This document shows, one piece after another, positions 20,358 through 30,670 of a stretch of 64,000 nucleotides of DNA (position 1 is its first letter; each line of letters begins with the position of its first letter). The notes beneath the pieces are model-generated. The model ran no database searches. It was given only the letters and a program-made list of their open reading frames with translations, and was not told the DNA's origin. The position numbers were made by a program, and so were the translations under genes. This DNA is from an uncultured delta proteobacterium (lineage in GTDB: Bacteria > Myxococcota_A > Polyangia > Polyangiales > B10-G4): positions 288,001-352,000 of the forward strand of contig CAVSGI010000013.1 of the NCBI GenBank assembly GCA_963727445.1, given 5' to 3'.

Positions 20358-23300
20358 TGGAGATCGACGCCCACGTTACCCAAACTCGAGGCCGTCGTGG
20401 TGTTGTAGTTGTCGTAGACGGCCTGAACGCTGGTCTGTTCGCCGAGGCGCCACTCCACGCTGGCGCGCACCTCGCTCGACGCGCTGATGCCGGTCGAGGC
20501 GGTGAGGCGCACTCGGTCGCTGATGCGCTTGCCCACCGTGACCTGGGGCTCGGTGCGGTTCGTGCGCCGGCTGTAGCGCGACGAGACCGAGAAGTCGTCG
20601 ATCACCGGCAGCGCCCGCTGGACCTCCCGGTCGATGCCGGTGACGGCGGCCAGCGCCTCCACGGCCAGCGTGCTCCCGACGTCGCCCGCCTGGAGCTGCT
20701 CGAGCTCGGCGCTGGTCATGCCAATGGTGAGGAGCAGGACGATGTCCTCCTGGCTCAGCTCGGGATCGGAGTGGGTGTCGAGCTGGAAGTTGTCGCTGTT
20801 GCCGGTGGCGTCGAGGGTGATCCGCCAGTTGGGAGCCGACAGGTTGCTGGCGCGGCGCACGTCGGCCACGGCGGTCACCGCGAAGTTGGGATCGACCCGG
20901 TAGGGATCGTCGAACTCGATGGTGCCCCGGCGGACGTCGAACTCCTTGTTGCGGAAGTAGATGACGCCGCGCGGAATGTCGAGGTTGCCGATGGCGCCGA
21001 AGCGCTGGTCGGTGCCGACGATGCGGAAGGGACGCTCCGAGTCCTCGATGCGCACCTCGGCGTCGATCAGGTTGTTCTGGACGCGCATCGGCGTCGCCTC
21101 GACCAGGCGCACGTCGAGCTCGAGATGATCCTCGTCGGGATCGTACTGCTCGATGTTGGTCCGCCCGGGTCGGCCACTCATGCCTTCGCGCGCCGCCGCA
21201 CCGACCATGGCCGCGATCTGGATCGGCTTCTCGTAGGAGACGCGCTCCAGGCGCACCGTGCCCGTGAGCCGGGGAAGCCGCTGCCCCGACGTCCACCCGA
21301 GGTGAGCGAGCCCGCCGAAGGTCACGTCGACGTCGCGGTCGGGGTGCAGGGTGACCTCGCGCGCCTCGACGTCGAAGTCGTAGCGATCGAGGCCGCGACC
21401 CTCGAGGGTGGCCGCGCCGCTGAGCGCGAGGTGGCCACCCGCCATCTCCGCGTTGAAGCCTTCGAAGAGGATCCGCCGGGCGCTGAAGGTGATCTCGCCA
21501 TCGAGGTCCGTGAGGGGGTCGCTCATCCCGGCGTAGCGGAAGCTGCCGTCGCGGACGGTGGCGCGCCCGTAGATGCCCGGCGCCTCGAAGGGCCCCGTGA
21601 CGTTGACCTGAGCGGCGATGGTCCCGCCCGCCTGGGTGAGGTTGGGGGAGAGGCTCGCGAGGAAGGACAGGTCGAGGTCACCCGCCACCTCGAGGGCGAG
21701 GCCGCGTTCGTTGCTGCCGCCGCCGGTGATGCGAACCGTGGAGGAGGGGCCCGCGAGGCGCGCGCGGTCCACCGTGAAATCGCCCCGATGGAGGCTGACC
21801 TCGAGCGGTCCCTCGTTGCGCAGGCGAACGTCGCCCTGGCCGACGTCGAGCTCACGCACCACGAGCGCCCCGGATAGGCTGTCGTGATCGATCATCGAGC
21901 CGCCGGTCAGGGCCAGCTTCGCGCTGAGGCGCCCGCTGAGTGGATCGTTGCGATCGACCTCTTCGAGGAACGGGTCGAGGGAGAAGCCCGCGAGCTCCAC
22001 CTCGCCCCGGAGCGGGAAGGTCATCGTCTTGCCCATCGCCATGTCGACGTGGACCGCGCCGCCCAGACCGTCGCCACAGACGAGGAAAGCGGTGGGCCGC
22101 TGAACACGCTGCACCGGCCCCTCGGGTGTGTCGAAAGGTGGGTCTGCGCGCCAGCGCCCGCGGTAGAGGCCGTTGCGCGCCGCGGCGCAGGGCTCGTCGG
22201 GAAGCGCGTCCGGATTCCAATCCGCGGCGGCCGTGACCCAGGGGTCCTGGTTGTCCGTGAGTCGCACGTAGAGCCGCGCGTCGCCGAGCATCGACGTCTG
22301 CCAGCTGAGCCCCGTCATCACGACGTCCATGTCCATGCGCGGCAGATCGGTCGTTCCACTGATCTCGCCGAAGACGCTGTAGAACCCTCCGAGGTCGGGG
22401 AAGCGGTCGCCGAGGCCCTCGGTGTCGCGGACCGAGATGCGATCCGCCGACGCCGTCATCGCGAGCGCGCCGTTCAGACCCATCCGGCCGTCGATGGTCA
22501 CCACGCCTCCGCCCTTGCGCAGGTGGAAGTGCTCGATGTCCAGCTCGCCCCCTGCCATCCCGCGGCCCGGCTCGAGCCAGTTGAAGTCGGCGCGAAGCTG
22601 GCCGTCGGCGAACTGGTAGTCGCCGATCGACATCTCGATGACGTCGAGATCCATGTTCGCGGTCATCGTTCCGCGCTCGGAGTCGCCGGGATAGCCGAGG
22701 GTGTAGTGCAGGAGCACGTCGCCGGTGACCAGCCCCTGGTAGTCGGTGAAGCGCTCGTCCTCGTCCCAGTGGAAGACGTCGAAGAAGTCGGCGAGGGTGA
22801 GGCGGGCGGCGTTCATCCGCGCGTCGACCGCGAAGCCGCCGTTCCGAAAGTCGAGGAAGAGGTCCTCGACGCGGTACTGGCTGTCGTTCTTCTCGGCCTC
22901 GAGGACCGGGAAGCGCACCGCCATCGAGTCCTCTTCGAGATGGAACGTGGTGCTCACGTCGCCGAGGGGATAGGTGTTGAAGGCGAAGCCCTCGATGGAC
23001 ACCTCACCGCCGACATCGGGCTCGGAGAACTCGCCGTCCACCTCTACGTTGATGTGCGCCGTGCCCGCCATGGGGATGTCGATCAGGGGCGACGCATCGG
23101 CGAGGTTCAGGTTCGAGCTCTGCACGCTCACCCGAAGCCGATTGTCGAAGCCGAGGAGGACGTCGCCGGTGAGCCGAGACGAAGGCGTGTCCGCGATGAT
23201 GCGGTTGAAGTAGAGCCCCTCGGGCCGGATGCGGGTGGTGGTGCGGATGTTCGCGCGGGTCACGCCGATGATCCGTTGCTGTGGCTCGACGTGATAGGCG

Positions 23301-24568
23301 TCCTCCGTGACGAGGAAGTCGGTGGTCTCGAAGCTGGTGGGCCCGCTGATGTTGAGCGGGTCGAGGGTGCCGGCGAGCTGGGTGCGCCCGTCGAAGCTCC
23401 ACTGGACGATGGTGTTCGGGGTGACGCCGAGCTGATCCATCAGATGCGAAAAGGACAGGTCCTCGATCGAGGCGTTGATCTCGATGGGGTAGCCCTCGCC
23501 GAAACCGACGGTCGCCGTGAGCCCCACCAGGCCGCCGTCGTCGATGATCTGCGCCGAGCCCTCGGTCACCCGGAGCTCGTCCGGGCTGAGCTCGAAGGCC
23601 AGGTCGAGATCGCCGGTGCCGAACTGTTTGATCACCGCCCGCTCGACCTGGATGGTGCCCTCGCCCGTCGGACCCTCGGCCGAGCCCTCGAACTCGCCCT
23701 CGACGGTCACCCGCCCTTCGAGGGGCGGCAGCTCCCAGCCGTGCGGCAGGTCGTCGATGTGCCCGAGGTTGAGCGACACGCGACCTTCGCCGCGCCACGA
23801 CTCCTCGTCGAAGGGGATGGGGATCCAGCCGTCTTCTGCTTCGATGGAGAGGTCGGCGGTGCGGAAGACGATGCGGTCGACCTCGGCCCCGCGATCGGGA
23901 TCGACGAAGCCGTGGACCTCGAAGGCCTGCAGAACCTCGGAGCCGCGGAGGTGATCCCAACGCCCGCCATGCACCGTGAGATTGAGATTGAGCTTGCGCC
24001 CGTCGTCGACGTCGAGACCGATGTTCACGCCGTCGAGATACGCGCTGCCGAAGGTGTCGGCGTCGAGGGTGAGCGTCGCGCCGCGCACCTCGAGGCGGGA
24101 GAAGGGAAGCTCGTCGGCTCCGCTCGAGCCGCCGCGACGCACGCGCGGCAGGTTGCGGATTTCTCCTTCGCGCAAGACCAGGTTCAGGACCGGTCCGTCG
24201 ACCTCGATGGTGTTGAGGTCGACCTTGCCCTGCATGAGCGCCCAGAGCGACGGGCGGATGGTGAGCGCATCCGCGGTGGCGAAGCGTCCGTAGACGGGAT
24301 CATCGAGGACGATTCCCTGAGCCCGCACCCGGGGGGACGGGAACATCGCCACCTCGACGTAGGCGAGCTGCGCCGTGAGACCGAGCTCGTTGCGAATGGC
24401 GTCGATGGCGCCGTCCTTCATGCGCTCGCGCCCCCACTCGGTGTTCACCATCACGAAGACGGAGCACAGCGGTGCCCCCAGCACGAGAATCGTGAGGAAT
24501 AACAGCCGCCTCGGCCACTTACGTCGAAACGTCTTGCGAAGCTTCGGCGGAAGTATGGATTCGTACAC
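20336..24568 (-). CDS. tamB: TamB/AsmA-like translocation and assembly module protein
   Basis: N-terminal TM helix, long beta-rich body, C-terminal DUF490-like region (SDPELSQEDIVLLL..GVDLHWRLEFE). Confidence 0.85.
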   Translation of the reverse strand: MYESILPPKLRKTFRRKWPRRLLFLTILVLGAPLCSVFVMVNTEWGRERMKDGAIDAIRNELGLTAQLAYVEVAMFPSPRVRAQGIVLDDPVYGRFATADALTIRPSLWALMQGKVDLNTIEVDGPVLNLVLREGEIRNLPRVRRGGSSGADELPFSRLEVRGATLTLDADTFGSAYLDGVNIGLDVDDGRKLNLNLTVHGGRWDHLRGSEVLQAFEVHGFVDPDRGAEVDRIVFRTADLSIEAEDGWIPIPFDEESWRGEGRVSLNLGHIDDLPHGWELPPLEGRVTVEGEFEGSAEGPTGEGTIQVERAVIKQFGTGDLDLAFELSPDELRVTEGSAQIIDDGGLVGLTATVGFGEGYPIEINASIEDLSFSHLMDQLGVTPNTIVQWSFDGRTQLAGTLDPLNISGPTSFETTDFLVTEDAYHVEPQQRIIGVTRANIRTTTRIRPEGLYFNRIIADTPSSRLTGDVLLGFDNRLRVSVQSSNLNLADASPLIDIPMAGTAHINVEVDGEFSEPDVGGEVSIEGFAFNTYPLGDVSTTFHLEEDSMAVRFPVLEAEKNDSQYRVEDLFLDFRNGGFAVDARMNAARLTLADFFDVFHWDEDERFTDYQGLVTGDVLLHYTLGYPGDSERGTMTANMDLDVIEMSIGDYQFADGQLRADFNWLEPGRGMAGGELDIEHFHLRKGGGVVTIDGRMGLNGALAMTASADRISVRDTEGLGDRFPDLGGFYSVFGEISGTTDLPRMDMDVVMTGLSWQTSMLGDARLYVRLTDNQDPWVTAAADWNPDALPDEPCAAARNGLYRGRWRADPPFDTPEGPVQRVQRPTAFLVCGDGLGGAVHVDMAMGKTMTFPLRGEVELAGFSLDPFLEEVDRNDPLSGRLSAKLALTGGSMIDHDSLSGALVVRELDVGQGDVRLRNEGPLEVSLHRGDFTVDRARLAGPSSTVRITGGGSNERGLALEVAGDLDLSFLASLSPNLTQAGGTIAAQVNVTGPFEAPGIYGRATVRDGSFRYAGMSDPLTDLDGEITFSARRILFEGFNAEMAGGHLALSGAATLEGRGLDRYDFDVEAREVTLHPDRDVDVTFGGLAHLGWTSGQRLPRLTGTVRLERVSYEKPIQIAAMVGAAAREGMSGRPGRTNIEQYDPDEDHLELDVRLVEATPMRVQNNLIDAEVRIEDSERPFRIVGTDQRFGAIGNLDIPRGVIYFRNKEFDVRRGTIEFDDPYRVDPNFAVTAVADVRRASNLSAPNWRITLDATGNSDNFQLDTHSDPELSQEDIVLLLTIGMTSAELEQLQAGDVGSTLAVEALAAVTGIDREVQRALPVIDDFSVSSRYSRRTNRTEPQVTVGKRISDRVRLTASTGISASSEVRASVEWRLGEQTSVQAVYDNYNTTTASSLGNVGVDLHWRLEFE

Positions 24569-24694
24569 TGAGATGGCAGCTCAGGGGTGCTCGGGTAGTG
24601 ATGCTAAAGGTAGCACGCCCGACCCTTTCAGGCGTGATCCCTGCAGACGCTCAGGTACGCGACAAGATTCACTTTTCGGCGTCGCCCGGCAGCG

Positions 24695-26503
24695 CTAGAG
24701 CCCCATGGGGCCGAGATGATGGGGGATCGGCGTGTGGCTCCCCGGTGGTGGCACCTCCGAGACCACCAGCGTCTCCCCATCCCACCGACCCAGACAGGCG
24801 TGCGCGAGCCCGGGTGCATAGCGCGCACGGATCCGGGTCCAGAGGCCATCTTCGACGGCGAGGATCTCCACGTGCATGTCGCCCGCATCGAAGCGCTCGC
24901 CCACCTCCATCGGCGCCGCGCGGTAGATGCGCTCGAAGGGGTTCGGGTAGCGCGGCGCGTCGTCGTCGATCGCGAGCTCGAAGGTGCGATCGTCCATCAC
25001 CTCGAGGATCTGATCGTGCGCCGCCATCGAGAGGGTGCGCGGCGGCGGCGCGCCGGGCGGCGGCGGACGGTAAAAGAGGATGGCGTCGATCAGGAACATG
25101 CTGAGGGTCGGGTCGGCGCCGGTCGCGACCAGGAGCTGGCGATCACCACAGCGCGCGATGTCGACGTTCTTCGCGATGTCGGCCTGGGCGTCGGACAACA
25201 ATGCGTTGCCGGCGGCGATCCCGACGCGGAGCAGGGAACCGAGGCCGAGATGCAGGACCGCGAGCAACACGACGATGGCGCGTGCACCGCGTCCGCCGCT
25301 ATCCCAGGTGCGCACGAAGGCCACCGCGAGGACGGCGCTCGATCCGACGAGGCTGACGAGGAGCATTCGGCCACCGATCGAGCCGCCGATGACGGGGATG
25401 ACACAGGCGAGGGTGGATAGCGCGAGCCATCCGAGCTTCTTGCGCGCCGAGTGATCGAGCTCGGCGCGCACGCGATAGAGGAGCGTGGCGACGGTGGCCA
25501 TGATCACGACGCCGGCCGCGGCGAAGGCGATGGACGTGGCGGTGGTGATCTGACTGAGCACCGAGGGCAGACCGCCGTAGAGCTCGGTCAGCAGATCGAG
25601 GAGGCGCACGAAGCCCTTCGACACGAAGGCGCCGGCATCGTCGAAGGGCGAGAGGTAGAGCCCGCTGTGGGAGACGCCGTATCCGCTCGCGACGTAGAAG
25701 ATCGTGTAGGCGGCGCCCACCAGGATGGTGGGCAGAGCCGAGAGGGCGCGGGCGCGGAGGGCTCCCTCTTTGGCGAAGGCCTCGTAGAGGACGATGAAGA
25801 GGATCCCGCAGACGGCGATCTCGCTCGAGAGCAGGCCGAGGACGAGCACGAAAGGTGCGGCCACGGCGCGCCGGAGGTCGCCGGTCTCGCGGTAGCCGAG
25901 ATGAAGGGCGAGGGCGCTGACCGCGAAGGCGGCACCGATGACGGCGTGGCGCGCGGCGATCCACGAAAGGGGTATGGCGTGCGCGCCGGCGAGACAGAAG
26001 AGGAACGACGCGACGCTCGCGGGTTTCGGAGGAAGCAGGCGGCGGAAGATGGCGATGGCTGCGCCGCTCAGGAGCGCGAACCAGAGCAGGGTCTGAAGGT
26101 GCGGAACGAACGTGCTGCGACCGGCGAGCGCGTAGTCGAGCCACAGCGAGAGGCTCGACAGGGGGCGGAAGAAGCGAAGCTCGAGATCGGGATCGGTCCA
26201 CCAGGGAAAGGCGCCCATGTGGAGGAAGCGTGAAACGACGGAGTGGGTCGGCGTGAAGTCGTAGAGCGCCCAGGGCGGCTCCACCAGCTCCGGGGACGAG
26301 CCTTCGAGGATGACGCGATGAACGGTGTCGTCGTGGAGGAAGCCGACGGCGAAGGTGGGGAGCACCAGGAGCATCCCGAGCAGCCACGCGACACGCGGCG
26401 CTCGGTCCGAGGCGAGGAAGCGAGCCACGAGGCGAGGATGGGGCCACTCGGACGACAGGTACAGCGCGTGAGGAGAGCTTGGCGGATGTTGACCCTCGTC
26501 CAT
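24695..26503 (-). CDS. Polytopic membrane protein, possible GT-C glycosyltransferase
   Basis: Many TM helices; GFLHDD..FFRPLSSLS..WIAARH pattern. Confidence 0.6.
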   Translation of the reverse strand: MDEGQHPPSSPHALYLSSEWPHPRLVARFLASDRAPRVAWLLGMLLVLPTFAVGFLHDDTVHRVILEGSSPELVEPPWALYDFTPTHSVVSRFLHMGAFPWWTDPDLELRFFRPLSSLSLWLDYALAGRSTFVPHLQTLLWFALLSGAAIAIFRRLLPPKPASVASFLFCLAGAHAIPLSWIAARHAVIGAAFAVSALALHLGYRETGDLRRAVAAPFVLVLGLLSSEIAVCGILFIVLYEAFAKEGALRARALSALPTILVGAAYTIFYVASGYGVSHSGLYLSPFDDAGAFVSKGFVRLLDLLTELYGGLPSVLSQITTATSIAFAAAGVVIMATVATLLYRVRAELDHSARKKLGWLALSTLACVIPVIGGSIGGRMLLVSLVGSSAVLAVAFVRTWDSGGRGARAIVVLLAVLHLGLGSLLRVGIAAGNALLSDAQADIAKNVDIARCGDRQLLVATGADPTLSMFLIDAILFYRPPPPGAPPPRTLSMAAHDQILEVMDDRTFELAIDDDAPRYPNPFERIYRAAPMEVGERFDAGDMHVEILAVEDGLWTRIRARYAPGLAHACLGRWDGETLVVSEVPPPGSHTPIPHHLGPMGL

Positions 26504-26525
26504 GCTGGCTACAGGCTCCGTCCAG

Positions 26526-27008
26526 ATGGATCCCGCGCAGATGCTGAAGGGGCGGACCCGCGAGACCGCGATCCGGCGCGACGCCGCCGGGCGGTGGTGG
26601 AATGGCGAAGACCGGATCGATCACCCGAACCTGGTGCGGGCCTTCGACGCCTGGATCGACGTGGCCGAGGACGGGCGCTACTGCCTGAAGAACGACATCA
26701 ACTGGGCCTACGTCGCGATCGAGGGCGCGCCCCTCTTCGTCCGGAGCGTCGGGATCGGCGACGGCGTGGTCACGCTTCGGCTCTCGGACGGGAGCGAGGA
26801 GCCGCTGGACCCGGCGACCCTGCGTCAGGACCGAGATGGGGTCCTGTACTGCGACGCCCGCCGCGGCCGCCTCGCCGCCCGCTTCGATCGGGAAGCCATG
26901 CAAGGGCTCGAAGCGCTGCTCGACGAGGACGCGGTCGGGGTCTTCCTCCGGATCGGCGAGGGCACGGCGCGTCCCCCGACAGTCGACGATCCGCTCGATA
27001 GAGAATAG
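26526..27008 (+). CDS. DUF1285-like protein
   Basis: IRRDAAGRWWNGEDRIDHPNLVRAF..YVAIEGAPLFV..RLSDGS. Confidence 0.6.
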   Translation: MDPAQMLKGRTRETAIRRDAAGRWWNGEDRIDHPNLVRAFDAWIDVAEDGRYCLKNDINWAYVAIEGAPLFVRSVGIGDGVVTLRLSDGSEEPLDPATLRQDRDGVLYCDARRGRLAARFDREAMQGLEALLDEDAVGVFLRIGEGTARPPTVDDPLDRE

Positions 27009-27020
27009 GCTTCGCCCCTC

Positions 27021-27842
27021 ATGGAGGACGCAGCTCTCTACATCGGCGCAGGCGCCATCGTGGTCGGTGGCCTGGTCGGGCTTCTTCTGAAGCTGCGGTC
27101 ACAGCTCGGCGACGTCGGGCGCACCGGCGGCAACAGGCGGGAGTTTCTGGCGGGGGTGGTCGCAGTGCTGGTCGGCGCGCCGCTGGTCTACATGTTCGCC
27201 GCCGCCATCGCGAACGGTCAGCTCCGCGTGAACGAGGCGCCCTTCCGGGCCATCATCGGGCCGGACTACGACGCGGTGCGAGAGGGCGACACGCCGACGA
27301 ACTACGTGGGCAACGACCGGCGCGCGCCCGACTTCACGGTGCGAGACCGCTCGGGGCGCGCGTGGAAGCTCTCCGATCATCGCGGCCAGGTCGTGGTGAT
27401 GAACTTCTGGACGAAGACCTGCCGGCCCTGTCTCGAGGAGATGCCCAGCCTCCTCGAGCTGGCGACGCGGCTGCACGATCGCGAGGACGTCGCGCTGGTC
27501 GCGATCTCGACCGACGACGATTGGGAATCGGTGCGCACGATCTTCCCGCCGCAGAACGACCTCGAGATCCTCTTCGATCCACAGAGCGCGGTGGTACGCG
27601 ACAAGTTCGGCACGCGCCTCTTCCCCGAGACGTGGTTCATCGACCCGGACGGGATCATCCGGCTGCGCAAGGACGGGCCCTTCGACTGGAGCCAACCGGT
27701 GGTCGAAGAGCTCATCAACGCGATTCTCGAGCTGACCGTCGTCGCGCGAGCGGCTCAACGAATTCCGCCGAGGCTCGTCCCCATCGACGCTTGCTGCTCG
27801 CCGCCGGTGGTCGCCGGCGTGGCGCCCTGTGACTCGGCGTAG
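27021..27842 (+). CDS. Membrane-anchored TlpA/ResA-like thiol-disulfide oxidoreductase (3' end uncertain)
   Basis: APDFT..GQVVVMNFWTKTCRPCLEEMP..FPETWFIDPDG; last 88 nt overlap a convergent gene. Confidence 0.85.
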   Translation: MEDAALYIGAGAIVVGGLVGLLLKLRSQLGDVGRTGGNRREFLAGVVAVLVGAPLVYMFAAAIANGQLRVNEAPFRAIIGPDYDAVREGDTPTNYVGNDRRAPDFTVRDRSGRAWKLSDHRGQVVVMNFWTKTCRPCLEEMPSLLELATRLHDREDVALVAISTDDDWESVRTIFPPQNDLEILFDPQSAVVRDKFGTRLFPETWFIDPDGIIRLRKDGPFDWSQPVVEELINAILELTVVARAAQRIPPRLVPIDACCSPPVVAGVAPCDSA

Positions 27843-28318
27843 TCGTGCAGGAGCTGCTCGTACATGACCTCGACCAGGTCCTCGAGCTGCCGCTGGCCAC
27901 TGCTCGCGAGGCCGTTTCGGGGCACGGGTCGCCCGGCGAAGGTGCCCACCTGGGTCCCATCGGGCGCGAGCCAGCGGCCACGCACCCGCGCGGACAGGAC
28001 GTTCACGTAGCCCACGTGCTCGAGGAAGAAGGCGCACTCGTCGATGACGAGCACCGTCGCCTGGCCGCTGTCGTCGGAGACGGCTCCCTGGCCGAGGGCG
28101 TTGTAGAAGCCGCGCGCGAGGGTGGCGCGCACGTCCATCATCTTGATGTTCTCGAACTGCTGCTCGTCCTGAACGGCGGGCGCGATCTGCAGGGCGAAGG
28201 TGCCCGTCGGGACGACCGCCGTCGGGTGGGGATTGCCGCCACGGACGATGTGAGGTCCACAGCCGACCGCGAACGAAGCGGCGAGCACGAACGAAGTGAG
28301 GGTGACGAGGTTCTTCAT
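27755..28318 (-). CDS. Hypothetical lipoprotein
   Basis: MKNLVTLTSFVLAASFAVGC; AGGAAG RBS. Confidence 0.7.
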   Translation of the reverse strand: MKNLVTLTSFVLAASFAVGCGPHIVRGGNPHPTAVVPTGTFALQIAPAVQDEQQFENIKMMDVRATLARGFYNALGQGAVSDDSGQATVLVIDECAFFLEHVGYVNVLSARVRGRWLAPDGTQVGTFAGRPVPRNGLASSGQRQLEDLVEVMYEQLLHDYAESQGATPATTGGEQQASMGTSLGGIR

Positions 28319-28337
28319 GACTCTTCCTTTTCTCGAC

Positions 28338-28874
28338 TCACGGAGTCAGGACCTGGAGGCGATAGATACCTCCACCCGAGCTCCCATAGGCATCCACGAC
28401 GACCGTCACGCGCTCCGAGGCGCGGAGGTCGACGGTCACACGCGACGCGGTTCCGCCGCCGCTGTCGTCGTCACACGCGAGCTCGCTGCCGGTGCAAGGG
28501 CCGCTCAGCACGTAGAGGACGGTGTCGAAGTCGGCCCCGAGCGTCTCGAAGGTGTAGAGCCCCGAGCGACGCGCCGTGTAGACGAAGGAGCTCTCGGGAC
28601 CGTCGCCCCCGCACGAGCCGCGGAGCCGACTCGCGCCGCTCGGCAGGTAGCTGTCGACGTCCCCGTCGAGGGCTGGTCCGCAGGAAGACGGCGGCGCAAT
28701 CGTCCCCGCGTCGTCTTCGGCGCTCGGTGGATAGTACCGGGCAGGAGCGCGGCAGGCGTGCTCCTTGGGGTTCGACCCTTCGGGGCAATCGCCGGTCTCC
28801 CGAAGGAGGCAGCCCGAGGTGAGCAGGATTGCGAGGACCGCGAGCGCGGCCGGCGTTCGAGTGAAGCGCGTCAT
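28338..28874 (-). CDS. Lipoprotein with PPC-like beta-sandwich domain
   Basis: LLTSGC lipobox; FDTVLYVL..ELACDDD..VVVDAY; TGATG coupling with the upstream protease gene. Confidence 0.7.
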   Translation of the reverse strand: MTRFTRTPAALAVLAILLTSGCLLRETGDCPEGSNPKEHACRAPARYYPPSAEDDAGTIAPPSSCGPALDGDVDSYLPSGASRLRGSCGGDGPESSFVYTARRSGLYTFETLGADFDTVLYVLSGPCTGSELACDDDSGGGTASRVTVDLRASERVTVVVDAYGSSGGGIYRLQVLTP

Positions 28875-30589
28875 CAGAAGTACCACCCCAGCGTCGTGTC
28901 GAAGGATCGGAAGACCGAGAAGTTGCCCCGCTGCGCCTCGGACCAGGAGACGCCGAAGGTGAAGTTGCGGATGCGTGCGCCGAGGCCGATCGAGTAGCCG
29001 TAGGGCGAGAACGAGAGCTCCTGCTCGATGGTGCCGAGGCCGACCGCGTAGTAGATGGGGAGCTCGATCATGAACGTCGGCGATCCGAGCGCGAGGCGGA
29101 TGCCCGCGGTCGCGTAGCCGGCGAAGACGAACGAGTCGCGCCACATGCCGGTGACGACCTTCAACCCGTAGTCGAGGCTCATCATGAAGGGCCAGTGGGA
29201 GTCGAGGGCGAACGCGGAGGAGGTGAGGCTCAGCGACGCCACACCGCCGCCCACGAAGTCCTGACCCTCGAGGGGATCGATCACCACGCCCCCGCTGAGG
29301 CGAAAGACGCTCTGGCCGAGAGCGACGTGCTCTTCGAGCTCTGCAGGCCGCTCGGCGTAAGCGCTCGGCGTCGCGTTCGCGTCCGCGTTCGTGTTGGCGT
29401 TCGCGGCGCCCATCGGCGTCATCACCGGCGGGGCCCCGACGGCGTGGGACAGACGGGCGGTGATACGAGAGACGCCGGGCTGCGTTCCGTCGGCGCGGCG
29501 CCTGCGCACCGCCATGACGACGATCAGCCGCCGTCCGTCGCCCGCCTGGACGTCGAGGACGTTGTTCGCCGCCACGCGGATCGTCGCGCGGGGGCGATCG
29601 AGCGACAGGAGGATCGCGTTGGCAGCGACCGGGCTCTCCATGGTGCGGTCGACGCCGAGCTGGATCCGGCCGACGTAGCCGTCGGGGACGCGAAGGAAGA
29701 AGAGCTCCTCACCCTGCACCACGAAGCCCGAGCCGGCGGAGCGGACTCCGATCTCGTCGGTCGAGAGCTCTTGCGCAGGCGTGACGCGCACGTCGTCGAT
29801 GGGACCGGTCGCGAGCTCGCTCAGCCATTCCGGGGGCACGCGCTCGACCGGACGCGCCATGCGGATCGGCGCGATGGTCGTTCGCGAGCGCGCGACGAGG
29901 GTCGGCACACCGACCAGGCGACCGGCGCCGTCGAGGAGCATTCCGCCGCTGTTGCCGGGGTTGAACTCGGCGTCGACGCGCAGGTACGCCAGCGCTCCGT
30001 CGGCATCCATGTCGAGGCCGGTGATGCGCCCGCTGGTCAGCGTGACGCTCCGCATGCCCAGGGGATAGCCGAGGGCGAAGACCGGATCGGAGAGCTCGAC
30101 CGGCTGCGTGGCGAGAGGGAGCGAGGGGAAGGTCGTCCCGTCGGGGATCGGCGATCCGTCGACACGCTTCTCGATACGAATGAGGGCCAGGTCCGCTTCG
30201 GGATCGGTGCGAACGACCCGACCCTGCCAGGTGGGGCGCGCCTCTTCTCGGGACGAGGTCGTGTGAGAGAGGGTGACGAGCCCGTCCTCGCGAAAGAGCT
30301 GGCCGGGAGTGCCGCCGTCGAAGGGGTGCAGATTGCCGACGACGTGGAGATTCGTCAGGACGTAACCGTGGCGATCGATGATGGAGCCAGAGCCCTCCGA
30401 TACCCCGTTCTCGGTCTCCACGCGCAGCAACACCGAGGCCTGGATCGCGCGATCGCGGAGGGCCGGGCTCAGGGCCTGGGCCTCGGCTCGACCGGCGAAA
30501 GGCAGGGTCGCCAGCAGGGCCAGAGCGAGGAGGAGATGGATGGTTCGTCCGAGCACGCCAGCCCTTACAGAGGCGGCTCGGGGGCTCAT
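28874..30589 (-). CDS. Trypsin-like (S1/HtrA-type) serine protease with C-terminal beta-rich domain
   Basis: Catalytic triad TNLHVV / DLALI / NPGNSGG; signal peptide; ends TTLGWYF. Confidence 0.85.
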   Translation of the reverse strand: MSPRAASVRAGVLGRTIHLLLALALLATLPFAGRAEAQALSPALRDRAIQASVLLRVETENGVSEGSGSIIDRHGYVLTNLHVVGNLHPFDGGTPGQLFREDGLVTLSHTTSSREEARPTWQGRVVRTDPEADLALIRIEKRVDGSPIPDGTTFPSLPLATQPVELSDPVFALGYPLGMRSVTLTSGRITGLDMDADGALAYLRVDAEFNPGNSGGMLLDGAGRLVGVPTLVARSRTTIAPIRMARPVERVPPEWLSELATGPIDDVRVTPAQELSTDEIGVRSAGSGFVVQGEELFFLRVPDGYVGRIQLGVDRTMESPVAANAILLSLDRPRATIRVAANNVLDVQAGDGRRLIVVMAVRRRRADGTQPGVSRITARLSHAVGAPPVMTPMGAANANTNADANATPSAYAERPAELEEHVALGQSVFRLSGGVVIDPLEGQDFVGGGVASLSLTSSAFALDSHWPFMMSLDYGLKVVTGMWRDSFVFAGYATAGIRLALGSPTFMIELPIYYAVGLGTIEQELSFSPYGYSIGLGARIRNFTFGVSWSEAQRGNFSVFRSFDTTLGWYF

Positions 30590-30670
30590 TAACCCATCGG
30601 CGACAAAATCGAGGGACGGCCTCGGGGCCGTGCGCGGCTCCTGTGCCTGCGCTACATAGGGGCCAACGCC

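Noticed and set aside
16878..24502. Long plus-strand ORFs (e.g. 664, 484, 532, 872 aa) opposite tamA/tamB, and similar shadow ORFs throughout the window
   Set aside because: Antisense or alternative-frame artefacts of high-GC codon bias, with no recognisable motifs.
27735..27842. Functional C-terminal extension of the TlpA-like protein overlapping the convergent gene
   Set aside because: The thioredoxin fold ends near 27730; the remainder is probably read-through or an indel artefact and cannot be resolved from this sequence.
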